The notes beneath the pieces were generated by a model. It saw only the letters and a program-made list of their open reading frames with translations, searched no databases and was not told where the DNA came from. A DNA stretch of 57,589 nucleotides from Oscillospiraceae bacterium (GTDB taxonomy: Bacteria; Bacillota; Clostridia; Oscillospirales; CAG-272). The position numbers were made by a program, and so were the translations under genes. The stretch is from positions 1 to 57,589 of the forward strand of contig SVSK01000005.1 in the NCBI GenBank assembly GCA_015064345.1. Reading direction: 5' to 3'. Positions 36,767-46,048 of this stretch are shown here, piece after piece (the stretch's first letter is position 1; each line of letters opens with the position of its first letter).

Positions 36767-38995
36767 CTAAAAACTCAGCTGCTCAGCTGTGTTTACATCA
36801 AGTGTTACGCCTGTTGCGGGGATCTTATGCTTGCGTGAACGGGCAGATCTTTCGGCGTCAATTCCCTCTCCGTAGGTGACCTTTGTTACCTTTATACCGT
36901 TCTTCATAGTGAACAGTGTAACGCCCTGGGAGGATCTTGTTGACTTAACAGGAATGAGTGATGACTTGAGAAGTATTCCCTTGCCCACGCTGTTTTCGAT
37001 GAAGATATCAAGAGGCTTGTGCTCGTAAATAACCGCCACGATGGGAGATGTATCAGAGAATGCGCCTGTGAGCTTACGTCTGTTGGACTTGGTCTCGTAT
37101 GCAGAAGCAGATATCCTTACTCCCTTGCCGTTTTCGAAAATGAAGATAAAGTTATCCTTAGGATCATATGCGGTGAGCGCCTTCATCATGACAGGCTTTT
37201 CGTCATCTGCAAATCCAAGCTTGGGCGCTATGAACTCGCCGAGAGAGGAAGCCTTCACGGAAGCAAAGTCAGCCGCCTTGCACTTATATGCCTGAGCTTT
37301 ATCAGTAAAGAAGATAAGCTCGGAGACGTTTTCTGATTCCTCGGAGTTGACGATCTCGTCACCGTCTTTCATCTTTTGTTCGTCCGCACGCATGATAGAC
37401 TGCTTTGTGATCTTCTTGAAGTAACCTTCCTTTGTAAGAACGACCACAATGGGATAGTTTTCTACAGCCTCTTCCTTGGGAGCAACGTCCTCTTCCGTAA
37501 GAGTGATAAGCTGAGTCTTTCTCGGCTTTCCGTACTTCTGCTTGATAGTCTGAAGCTGTGCCGCGATTACGCCCTTGACCTTAATATCGTCTGCGATAAT
37601 TGCTTCAAGATCGGCGATCTCCTTCTGAAGTGACTCGATCTCCTTGATGCGCTCGATGATATATTCTCTGTTCAGATGACGGAGCTTGATTTCCGCGATA
37701 TACTCTGCCTGAATCTCGTCAATTGAGAATCCCTGCATAAGTCTCGGCACAACGTCAGCCTCACGCTCCGTCTCTCGAACTATCTTGATTGCCTTGTCAA
37801 TGTCGATAAGAATCTTTCCAAGGCCGCGGAGCAGATGAAGCTTGTCCTTCTTCTTGCCAAGTTCATAGGTAAGCTCGCGTCTGACGCATCCTATTCTGAA
37901 TGCTATCCACTCGGTAAGTATATCCTTAACCCCGAGCTGACGGGGAGAGCCGTTTATCAGCACGTTGAAGTTACAGCCGAAGCTGTCTTCAAGGGTGGTC
38001 TGGCGATACAGCTTTGCCATGAGTGCGTCGGGATCTGTGCCGCGCTTAACGTCAATCGTAAGCTTAAAGCCGGAGAGGTCGATCTCGTCACGAATGTCGG
38101 ATATCTCGCGGAATTTACCCTGCTTGATGAGCTCCGTTATCTTTCCGATGATTGCTTCAATTGAAGTAGAGTAAGGGATCTGTGTGATCTCGATCATGCT
38201 TCTCTGCTTATCGAAATTGTACCTTGCTCGCATCTTGAAGGTACCGGAGCCTGTTTCGTAGATCTGCTTAAGCTGATCTCTGTCGTATATCAGGTTTGCT
38301 CCGCCTGCAAAATCTGGTGCTTTGATTATGTCGAGAAGTCTGTCAGTCGTTGTCTTGGGATTCTTGAGGAGCGCGATGGTGCCGTCACAAATTTCACCAA
38401 GGTTAAATGAGCATATCTGTGACTGAAGTCCAACGGCGATACCCATGTTGGGAGAAACAAGAATGTTCGGGAATGAGGTGGGCAGAAGCGTGGGCTCGAT
38501 CATGGTATTATCGTAGTTTGGTACCATATCCACAGCGTTCTTGTCAATACCGCCAAAAAGCTCAGAGCAGATTTTGTCAAGCTTAACCTCGGTATAACGT
38601 GGCGCGGCAAAAGCCATATCACGGCTATACTGCTTACCAAAGCTTCCCTTTGAGTCTACGAGAGGATGAAGCAGAGCCTCGTTACCCCTTGTAAGACGCA
38701 CAAGAGTTTCGTATATTGCCATGTCACCGTGAGGATTGAGACGCATCGTCTGGCCTACGACGTTGGCACTCTTTGTTCTTGCGCCTGTGAGTAGTCCCAT
38801 TTTATACATGGTATAAAGAAGCTTACGGTGCGAAGGCTTGAAGCCATCAATCTCGGGAATGGCACGGGATACGATGACACTCATTGCATAGGGCATGTAG
38901 TTCTTCTCAATCGTATCAGTTATGTGCTGATCCTTGATCTCCGCAACGGTAGTTACCTCAAATTCTTTTATGGTTTCTTTCTTTTTTCTTGCCAT
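36767..38995 (-). CDS. Type IIA topoisomerase subunit A (ParC/GyrA-like), 742 aa
   Basis: PSHRKLLYTM and HPHGD (as NPHGDMAIYE) are present. The catalytic Tyr context is AAPRYTEVKL. A C-terminal beta-pinwheel-like region follows. Confidence 0.85.
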   Translation of the reverse strand: MARKKKETIKEFEVTTVAEIKDQHITDTIEKNYMPYAMSVIVSRAIPEIDGFKPSHRKLLYTMYKMGLLTGARTKSANVVGQTMRLNPHGDMAIYETLVRLTRGNEALLHPLVDSKGSFGKQYSRDMAFAAPRYTEVKLDKICSELFGGIDKNAVDMVPNYDNTMIEPTLLPTSFPNILVSPNMGIAVGLQSQICSFNLGEICDGTIALLKNPKTTTDRLLDIIKAPDFAGGANLIYDRDQLKQIYETGSGTFKMRARYNFDKQRSMIEITQIPYSTSIEAIIGKITELIKQGKFREISDIRDEIDLSGFKLTIDVKRGTDPDALMAKLYRQTTLEDSFGCNFNVLINGSPRQLGVKDILTEWIAFRIGCVRRELTYELGKKKDKLHLLRGLGKILIDIDKAIKIVRETEREADVVPRLMQGFSIDEIQAEYIAEIKLRHLNREYIIERIKEIESLQKEIADLEAIIADDIKVKGVIAAQLQTIKQKYGKPRKTQLITLTEEDVAPKEEAVENYPIVVVLTKEGYFKKITKQSIMRADEQKMKDGDEIVNSEESENVSELIFFTDKAQAYKCKAADFASVKASSLGEFIAPKLGFADDEKPVMMKALTAYDPKDNFIFIFENGKGVRISASAYETKSNRRKLTGAFSDTSPIVAVIYEHKPLDIFIENSVGKGILLKSSLIPVKSTRSSQGVTLFTMKNGIKVTKVTYGEGIDAERSARSRKHKIPATGVTLDVNTAEQLSF

Positions 38996-39065
38996 TATGA
39001 CCTCTGTATTTCGGTTAATATATTATTTCAGGTAATTCTCAAAAATTATATGTTTACTCTGTAAT

Positions 39066-40103
39066 TTACGGTTTTACTATTTTTCCGCCGGACGCGCGAA
39101 TGAGTCTGTTATAGAGTGCAAGATACTCGCCCTTTGCCTCAGGCAGCTTGATGTACACCTTCGAGAGTCCCATTTCGTCTGCCTTGCGAAGGAGTCGGAA
39201 CAGGCTTTTTGACTCGTCCCGTGCGTTTATATGCTCTCCTGTAATGAGAGTTGTAGCTGTTTTATAGCAATGTCTCTCTTCCGCCGAGGTGAACACGCCG
39301 CAGCTTGAATCGGAAATCGCGTTAACGTATTCGACGAACTCTTCTCCGGCTGCGTCAACTAAGATTACCTCAGCCTTAGGAGAATAATGCTTATACTTCA
39401 TCCCGGGAGACTCGACCTTTTCTTCAGCGGCAACGGCAGGCTCGATTACTGCTCTTGCCACGGTTACGTTGTCGCAGACCTCAGCGAGCATTTCCTCTGT
39501 CACCGCACCCGGTCGAAGGATGATGCAACCGTCGTCTGTGATCTTTACAACGGTAGATTCAAGTCCGATATCGCATTCTCCGCCGTCAATGATCATGTCG
39601 ATCCTACCGTCCATGTCGGTAAGCACGTGTTCTGCCTTTGTTGGAGAAGGGATGCCCGATCTGTTTGCGCTGGGTGCTGCTATGGGATGTCCCGACACTT
39701 CAATAAGCTTGTGGGCGATCTCGTTTGAAGGGCAACGAATTGCTACCGAGTCAAGTCCAGCTGTAACCTCATCGGGAATAATTCCCCTTTTCGGAAGTAT
39801 GATAGTCAGCGGGCCCGGCATAAAGCGCTCGGCAAGTCTATAATAGGTTTCGTTTGTATAGGCGAGATGCTCAGCTTCCTCAGGCTTTGCAATGTGGACT
39901 ATAAGCGGGTTGTCTGCAGGTCTGCCTTTAGCTGAATAGATCTTTTCAGCAGAAGATGGAATAAGAGCGCTTCCCGCAAGCCCATACACGGTTTCTGTGG
40001 GGATAGCAACAAGTCCGCCGTTTTGTATGATCTGAGCCGCACGGTCGATTATCTCTGTATCGTGATAGTGCTCGCCTTTTATCTTATAATATTCTGTGTT
40101 CAT
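39066..40103 (-). CDS. tsaC: L-threonylcarbamoyladenylate synthase, Sua5/YwlC type
   Basis: The YrdC-like domain is supported by PTETVYGLA, KGRPADNPLIVH and SANRSG. A Sua5 C-terminal domain follows. Length is 345 aa. Confidence 0.85.
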   Translation of the reverse strand: MNTEYYKIKGEHYHDTEIIDRAAQIIQNGGLVAIPTETVYGLAGSALIPSSAEKIYSAKGRPADNPLIVHIAKPEEAEHLAYTNETYYRLAERFMPGPLTIILPKRGIIPDEVTAGLDSVAIRCPSNEIAHKLIEVSGHPIAAPSANRSGIPSPTKAEHVLTDMDGRIDMIIDGGECDIGLESTVVKITDDGCIILRPGAVTEEMLAEVCDNVTVARAVIEPAVAAEEKVESPGMKYKHYSPKAEVILVDAAGEEFVEYVNAISDSSCGVFTSAEERHCYKTATTLITGEHINARDESKSLFRLLRKADEMGLSKVYIKLPEAKGEYLALYNRLIRASGGKIVKP

Positions 40104-40121
40104 TATTTGGATAGTCTCCGT

Positions 40122-41201
40122 TTATGCTTCATCTGCGCCGCTGTTCTTCAGCTTTTCTGCGGTATCAGCAGTTGCAAGTGCGTCGATCATGCCCTCGATA
40201 TTGCCGTTAAGGAAGTTTTCAAGGGAGTAGATCGTAAATCCGATGCGATGGTCGGTGATTCTGCCCTGGGGGTAGTTATATGTTCGGATACGTTCGCTTC
40301 TGTCACCCGTACCAACCTGTGAACGGCGTTCACTTGCGATCTTCTCGTTCTGCTCGCGGGTTTTCATGTCAAACAGCTTAGCTCTGAGCAGCTTCATCGC
40401 CTTATCGCGGTTTTTGAACTGGCTTCGCTCGTCCTGGCACTCTATCACAATACCCGTAGGCTTATGAATCATGCGGATTGCAGACTCAGTCTTATTGACG
40501 TGCTGACCGCCGGCACCGGATGATTTGATCGTCTCAATTTCAAGATCACTCTGGTTGATCTCAATCTCAACATCCTCTGCCTCGGGAAGAACGGCAACAG
40601 TAGCGGTAGATGTATGAATACGGCCTGATGTTTCTGTTTCGGGTACGCGCTGTACTCTGTGAACACCGCTCTCGTACTTAAAGCGTGAGTATGCTCCCTG
40701 TCCTGTTACCATGAACGAGATCTCTCTGTATCCGCCGAGCCCCGTTTCATTTGTGCTGATGATCTCTGTTTTATAGCGCTTTGTATCGGCATACATCGAG
40801 TACATTCGGTACAGAACTCCCGCGAACAAAGCCGCTTCCTCACCGCCTGCTCCTGCGCGGATCTCGATAACAACGTTTTTGTCATCCATCGGATCCTTCG
40901 GCAGCAGAAGAATTTTCAACTCTTCTTCAATTCGGAGAAGGTCTGCTTTCGCTCTTTTATACTCCTCATCCGCCATTTCACGCATATCGGGATCGTCTTC
41001 TGTATCAAGAATCTCCCTTGCGCCGTCGGCATCATCCTGAGTCTTCTTGTACTCCCTGTACTTTTCAACGACAGGCTCAAGATTGGATCTCTCCTTAAGA
41101 AGCGCGGTGTATTTTTCTATATCTGACATTATCTGAGGATCAAGAAGATCGGCCTCTATAGCTTCAAATCTCTTCTCTACCTCACAAAGTCTCTCAAGCA
41201 T
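40122..41201 (-). CDS. prfA: Peptide chain release factor 1
   Basis: The GGQ motif is seen in SSGAGGQHVNKTESA, and the PxT-type decoding region as RVPETETSGRIHTS. Length is 359 aa. Confidence 0.92.
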   Translation of the reverse strand: MLERLCEVEKRFEAIEADLLDPQIMSDIEKYTALLKERSNLEPVVEKYREYKKTQDDADGAREILDTEDDPDMREMADEEYKRAKADLLRIEEELKILLLPKDPMDDKNVVIEIRAGAGGEEAALFAGVLYRMYSMYADTKRYKTEIISTNETGLGGYREISFMVTGQGAYSRFKYESGVHRVQRVPETETSGRIHTSTATVAVLPEAEDVEIEINQSDLEIETIKSSGAGGQHVNKTESAIRMIHKPTGIVIECQDERSQFKNRDKAMKLLRAKLFDMKTREQNEKIASERRSQVGTGDRSERIRTYNYPQGRITDHRIGFTIYSLENFLNGNIEGMIDALATADTAEKLKNSGADEA

Positions 41202-41298
41202 ATATTACTCTCTCAAAATAATTAATTGTTCTACTCATTAAAACGATACTCCGGAGCAAGATGAGTTGCACCGGAATATCGCATTGTTCTGATTTATC

Positions 41299-42711
41299 TT
41301 ATTTGCAGAATGCGGCAAATGCGCGGTGTGCCTCGTAAAGGTCAGACTTGGAGATAAGCTCAAAAGGAGCATGCATGGAAAGCACGGGAACACCAACGTC
41401 AACTGTGTCAATGTTGCGGTTAGCAATGTACTTTGCAACTGTTCCGCCGCCACCCTGGTCAACTCTGCCAAGCTCTGCTGTCTGCCAAATTACGCCTTCA
41501 GCGTCAAAGAGGTTGCGAACAAAGCCTACAAACTCTGCAGGACAGTCGTTTGTGCCGCCCTTACCGCCTGAACCTGTGTACTTGGACATACCGATACCGC
41601 AGTGAAGGATTGAAGAGTTACGCTTTTCGGACACTTCGGGATAGTTGGGATCGAAGCAAGCTGTAACGTCAGCGGAGAGGCACTTTGAGTTCATACGAAC
41701 AACGTTTGTGTTACCACCGAGGTTCTTTGCAAGCTCGTCAATGATGTCAAAGAGGAGACAGCTCTGCATACCTGCAACACCGTCACTGCCAACTTCTTCC
41801 TTGTCAGCAAGAGCAACGATACATGTCTTTGCGGAGTCAGTAGCCTCGATTACACCTGTAAGTGCGGGATAAGCGCAAACTCTGTCGTCGTGGCCGTATG
41901 AGCCGAGGAGCCATCTATCAAGGCCTACGTCAACAGTGTTCTGAGCAGGAACGATGGAAAGCTCTGCGCTGATAAAGTCTGCTTCTGTGATGCCGTACTT
42001 TTCGTTGAGCATGATCATAATGTTCAGCTTTGCCTTTTCGTCAGCAGGAGTGATCTTGCCGTCTTCTTCAAAGTAGGGGCTTGTGCCGAGGATCACGTTG
42101 AGACCTTCGCCTGTGAACGCCTGGCCGAGAGGTTTCTGATTCTGGTCCTTTGCAAGGTGAGGAAGGAGATCAGTGATGCAGAATACGGGGTCGCCAGCTT
42201 CGTCGCCAATGCGAACTGTTACGGATTCACCGTTTGCCTTCTCAACAACACCGTGAAGTGCGAGAGGAATTGTAGCCCACTGGTACTTACGAACACCACC
42301 GTAGTAGTGTGTCTTGAAGTATGCAAATCCGTCGTTTTCGTAAAGAGGATGCTGCTTTAAGTCAAGTCTGGGGGAGTCAATGTGAGCCGCGCAAATGCGT
42401 ACGCCATTCTCAATATTTTCTGTACCAACCTTGATTGCGAAAAGACCCTTGCCTCTGTTGTTGAGGTAAAGCTTGTCGCCTGCTGTAATCTTGTCACCGA
42501 GTTTATATTCCTTGTAGCCTTCCTTCTCGAGGATTGCGATAGATGCAATAACAGCTTCTCTTTCTGTCTTGGAATCATCAAGATACTTTGCGTATCCGAT
42601 AGCGTAGTCCTTTGCAGCCTGAAGCTCATCCTGTGTTTTTACTTCAAATGCGCTCTTCTTCTTGTAGAAAAGCTCTTCCTTCATAATCTGACCCTTTGTC
42701 TTCTCGCTCAT
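41299..42711 (-). CDS. M18 family aminopeptidase
   Basis: Length is 470 aa. AHIDSPRLDLK, SYGHDDRVC and DKEEVGS are metal-ligand contexts typical of M18 aminopeptidases. Confidence 0.75.
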   Translation of the reverse strand: MSEKTKGQIMKEELFYKKKSAFEVKTQDELQAAKDYAIGYAKYLDDSKTEREAVIASIAILEKEGYKEYKLGDKITAGDKLYLNNRGKGLFAIKVGTENIENGVRICAAHIDSPRLDLKQHPLYENDGFAYFKTHYYGGVRKYQWATIPLALHGVVEKANGESVTVRIGDEAGDPVFCITDLLPHLAKDQNQKPLGQAFTGEGLNVILGTSPYFEEDGKITPADEKAKLNIMIMLNEKYGITEADFISAELSIVPAQNTVDVGLDRWLLGSYGHDDRVCAYPALTGVIEATDSAKTCIVALADKEEVGSDGVAGMQSCLLFDIIDELAKNLGGNTNVVRMNSKCLSADVTACFDPNYPEVSEKRNSSILHCGIGMSKYTGSGGKGGTNDCPAEFVGFVRNLFDAEGVIWQTAELGRVDQGGGGTVAKYIANRNIDTVDVGVPVLSMHAPFELISKSDLYEAHRAFAAFCK

Positions 42712-42762
42712 GGTATATATTTCCTTTCGTAAATAAAAATCTAATCGATTATCGCGCTCTCA

Positions 42763-43338
42763 TTACTCGCCGTAATAAAGTTCGCGGTAAATTTCCATTT
42801 CTTTTTCTATTTTTGCCACATATTCCCTTGTTGAGTCATCGGGGATCTTTGTAAGATTTCCGTTTTCGTCTATGCAGTCCTCGTCCTCGAGCCACTCTGC
42901 GACAGTATCTCTGCCAGCATCGTAGACCGCAAGCACTGTCTTCCATCTGCTGTGCTGGATATAGAGCTGTGAGAGCATGTATGTTCCGTAGCGTATGTTT
43001 GTCTCGGGATCGTAAAGGATTCCGCTATCAAGGTTTTCTTTAGTTAATGAAGTAAGCCAGCGGAAGGTATCGGGATGGATCTGCATAAGTCCTATCTCAC
43101 CATCATCCGACAGCTTATTGCTGACAAAGTTGCTCTCTTCAAGTATGATTGAGTACACCAGATATTCCGGCACGCCGTATTCCGAGCAGTATTTTTCAAC
43201 GTATTCGGTAAACTCTCTTGGGTGCTTCTTTATGTCAACTCTGTGACCGATAATCTGGCACATGTAGCCAACAAGCAGCGAGAGCAGAATTATTGATATG
43301 ATAACAACGCTTCTGTATGCCGCGTTTTTGAAATTCAT
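42763..43338 (-). CDS. Lytic transglycosylase (SLT domain) protein, N-terminally anchored
   Basis: The catalytic Glu context is ILEESNFVSNKLSDDGEIGLMQI. An AVYDAG(R) (AYNAG-like) segment is also present. There is an N-terminal TM. Confidence 0.8.
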   Translation of the reverse strand: MNFKNAAYRSVVIISIILLSLLVGYMCQIIGHRVDIKKHPREFTEYVEKYCSEYGVPEYLVYSIILEESNFVSNKLSDDGEIGLMQIHPDTFRWLTSLTKENLDSGILYDPETNIRYGTYMLSQLYIQHSRWKTVLAVYDAGRDTVAEWLEDEDCIDENGNLTKIPDDSTREYVAKIEKEMEIYRELYYGE

Positions 43339-43347
43339 ATATTAACC

Positions 43348-43977
43348 TCACATTTGAGTGTAGTTTTCGTTATAGATCTCATAAAGCCTGTCAGCGCAGT
43401 TCTTAACACGATTCATGAGCTCGTCTTTTTCACAGTCATTTGCTATAACAAAATCTGCGCAGGATGAGAGTTCTTCTGACGAAATCTGTGTCTTAAGTCT
43501 TGCAAGAGCTGCTTCTCGCGAAATTCCGTCTCTCTGCATTATTCGGGAGATAACTGTCTCTTCCGGAGCCGTAACACATACAACAGCTTCGCACTTTTTG
43601 TCAAATCCGCTTTCGTAAAGAAGAGGCGCGTCGATAAGCACGATTTTCGCACCGTCAGCATACAGTTCGCTTGCAATTTCTTCTGTACGTGCAAGTATAT
43701 GCTTGTGTGTGATACGGTTGAGGTCGGAAAGGGCTTCTTTATCCTCTCCAAATACGAGAGAGCGAAGCACTGCTCTGTTAAGAGAATTATCCTCGCAGAG
43801 AATTCCGGCACCAAAACGGCTGACAAGCTCTGTCATGCATGGGGACAACTCATCTGAAGCAGATGTCATATCTCGGTAAACGGCATCCGTATCAACAGAC
43901 GGGATACCGCAAAGCTTAAACATGCGAGAAACATAACCCTTACCCGATCCGCTTCGACCGCAGAGACCTACCAGCAT
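43348..43977 (-). CDS. coaE: Dephospho-CoA kinase
   Basis: The P-loop is GLCGRSGSGKGY, and DAPLL is also present. The ORF is open to 44040. I prefer the internal ATG at 43977 because the P-loop normally sits at the extreme N-terminus. The start is uncertain. Confidence 0.8.
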   Translation of the reverse strand: MLVGLCGRSGSGKGYVSRMFKLCGIPSVDTDAVYRDMTSASDELSPCMTELVSRFGAGILCEDNSLNRAVLRSLVFGEDKEALSDLNRITHKHILARTEEIASELYADGAKIVLIDAPLLYESGFDKKCEAVVCVTAPEETVISRIMQRDGISREAALARLKTQISSEELSSCADFVIANDCEKDELMNRVKNCADRLYEIYNENYTQM

Positions 43978-44099
43978 AGCACCTTGTTTTTCCACTGCAC
44001 ATCTTCCCTCATTATAATTACAATCAATATATTTTACCACAAATTAATGTATTTTTCAATACGTTTTAGGAAAAATCTGTGACACAGAAAAATCGGCAC

Positions 44100-44130
44100 A
44101 AAAAAATCCCCTGTACCGAAGTACAAGGGA
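44100..44130 (-). terminator. Terminator immediately after tRNA-Lys
   Basis: On the minus-strand RNA, UCCCUUGUAC-UUCG-GUACAGGGGA forms a 10-bp stem (one G-U pair) with a UUCG tetraloop, followed by U7. Confidence 0.85.
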
Positions 44131-44133
44131 TCA

Positions 44134-44206
44134 TGCTCCATCGGAGAGTCGAACTCCGGACACCTTGATTAAAAGTCAAGTGCTCTACCTTCTGAGCTAA
44201 TGGGGC
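44134..44206 (-). tRNA. tRNA-Lys (anticodon UUU), 73 nt, CCA not encoded
   Basis: I folded the cloverleaf by hand. The acceptor arm is GCCCCAT/ATGGAGC with discriminator A. The D arm is GCTC-AGAAGGTA-GAGC. The anticodon arm is CTTGA-CTTTTAA-TCAAG. The variable loop is GTGTC. The T arm is CGGAG-TTCGACT-CTCCG. There is one C3-A70 mismatch. Confidence 0.9.
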
Positions 44207-44233
44207 ATATGCAGTCATCTCGACAGCCTTTGT

Positions 44234-44262
44234 ATTATATCACAAGAGGGATATTTTGTCAA
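44234..44262 (-). promoter_or_regulatory. Perfect consensus sigma-A promoter for tRNA-Lys
   Basis: On the minus strand, TTGACA (44262-44257), a 17-nt spacer ending in TGa, then TATAAT (44239-44234), about 28 nt upstream of the tRNA 5' end. Confidence 0.75.
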
Positions 44263-44330
44263 TATGTTTTCAGAGAAAATTTTATTGATTTTCTACACGT
44301 ATTCTTCCCTCTCTGACGTCTGTTATGCAG

Positions 44331-44374
44331 GAAAAAAGAAATCCGACACCCTTTTGTTTCAAAGAATGTCGGAT
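44331..44374 (-). terminator. Terminator after glnS
   Basis: On the minus-strand RNA, AUCCGACA pairs with UGUCGGAU around an 18-nt loop, followed by UUCUUUUUU. Confidence 0.75.
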
Positions 44375-44387
44375 GTGATATTAACGA

Positions 44388-46031
44388 TTATTCAGCCTTA
44401 AAGCTGCCTTTGAGAGACACTACTCTGTTGAATGTATTCTCCGTCTTTGTGTCCTTTGCGAAGTATCCGAGACGTACAAACTGGAATTTCTCACCGGGCT
44501 TTGCATCAGCAAGTGAGGGTTCGATCTTTGCGTTCTCGATTCTTACAGCAGATTCGGGATTGAGGAAGTCAACATATGTCTTTCCTTCGGGAAGGTCGTT
44601 CATGTTTTCCTCAGTAAACAGTCTGTCGTACATGATAACAGTTGTATCCTGTGCATATTCAGCAGACAGCCAGTGGATAGTTCCCTTTACCTTCCTGTCG
44701 GTAGGTGTGCCTGTGCCAACTTCAAGGTCTGCTGTGCAGTGGATCTCTGCAATGCTGCCGTCTTCGTTCTTTACGATCTCGCCGCACTTGATGATATAAG
44801 AGCCCATGAGTCTTACCTCACCCTCGGGCTTGAGCCTGAAGAACTTCGGCGGGGGTACTTCTGCAAAGTCATCAGAGTCGATATAAAGTACCTTTGTGAA
44901 AGGAACCTTACGTGTGCCCGCGTCGGGATCGTTCGGGTTATTGCTGACGTCGAAATACTCAACCTTGTCCTCGGGATAGTTGTCCACAACAACCTTGATA
45001 GGCTTTACAACTGCGATTCTGCGCTGTGCCTTCATGTTCAGCTCTTCTCTTACGCAATGCTCGAGAAGTCCGATATCTACCATGCTGTTTGCCTTTGAAA
45101 CACCGATTCTGTTGATAAAGTCGAGGATGGAATCAGGTGTATATCCGCGACGTCTGAGACCGCAGAGAGTAGGCATACGGGGGTCATCCCAGCCGTCAAC
45201 TATGCCGTTTTCAACAAGGTAACGAAGATATCTCTTTGAGAGAACTGTGTTTGTGATGTTGAGACGGGCAAACTCGATCTGACGGGGTGTTGAAGGAACG
45301 TCGCAATGCTCGATTACCCAGTTGTAGAGAGGTCTGTGATCCTCATACTCAAGGGAGCAAAGGCTATGTGTAATGCCTTCGAGTGCGTCCTGGATGGGGT
45401 GTGCGAAGTCGTACATGGGGAATACGCACCACTTTGTGCCCTGTCTATGATGCTCAATATAGCGAATACGGTAAAGCGCGGGGTCACGCATATTAAAGTT
45501 ACCGGACGCAAGGTCGATCTTTGCACGGAGTGTGTACTTTCCTTCGGGGAATTCACCGTTTCTCATTCGCTCAAAGAGATCAAGGCTTTCTTCGATAGGT
45601 CTGTCTCTGTAAGGAGAGATTGCGGGATGAGTAAGGTCGCCTCTGTACTCCTTGAACTGCTCTGGTGTCAGCTCACAAACGTAAGCATCACCCTTCTTGA
45701 TAAGCTCGACCGCAAGCTCGTAAGTCTTTTCAAAATAGTCGGAGCCGTAGAAGAAACGGTCGTCCCAGTCAAATCCGAGCCAATGGATATCTTCCTTGAT
45801 AGCGTCAACAAATTCTGTGTCTTCTTTTGCAGGGTTTGTGTCGTCCATACGAAGGTTACAGATACCGCCATACTTCTTTGCAGTGCCAAAATCTATGCAG
45901 AGTGCCTTGCAGTGTCCAATATGCAGGTATCCGTTAGGTTCGGGAGGAAAACGGGTGTGGATCTTCTCTACTTTTCCTGCCGCCAGGTCTTCGTTTATAA
46001 ATTCTTCGATAAAGTTTGAAGCTTCAATCAT
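44388..46031 (-). CDS. glnS: Glutamine--tRNA ligase
   Basis: The HIGH region is TRFPPEPNGYLHIGHCKA and the KMSKS-type motif is VLSKR. Length is 547 aa. AAGGAG RBS. Confidence 0.9.
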   Translation of the reverse strand: MIEASNFIEEFINEDLAAGKVEKIHTRFPPEPNGYLHIGHCKALCIDFGTAKKYGGICNLRMDDTNPAKEDTEFVDAIKEDIHWLGFDWDDRFFYGSDYFEKTYELAVELIKKGDAYVCELTPEQFKEYRGDLTHPAISPYRDRPIEESLDLFERMRNGEFPEGKYTLRAKIDLASGNFNMRDPALYRIRYIEHHRQGTKWCVFPMYDFAHPIQDALEGITHSLCSLEYEDHRPLYNWVIEHCDVPSTPRQIEFARLNITNTVLSKRYLRYLVENGIVDGWDDPRMPTLCGLRRRGYTPDSILDFINRIGVSKANSMVDIGLLEHCVREELNMKAQRRIAVVKPIKVVVDNYPEDKVEYFDVSNNPNDPDAGTRKVPFTKVLYIDSDDFAEVPPPKFFRLKPEGEVRLMGSYIIKCGEIVKNEDGSIAEIHCTADLEVGTGTPTDRKVKGTIHWLSAEYAQDTTVIMYDRLFTEENMNDLPEGKTYVDFLNPESAVRIENAKIEPSLADAKPGEKFQFVRLGYFAKDTKTENTFNRVVSLKGSFKAE

Positions 46032-46048
46032 AACTGATACTCCTTCTG

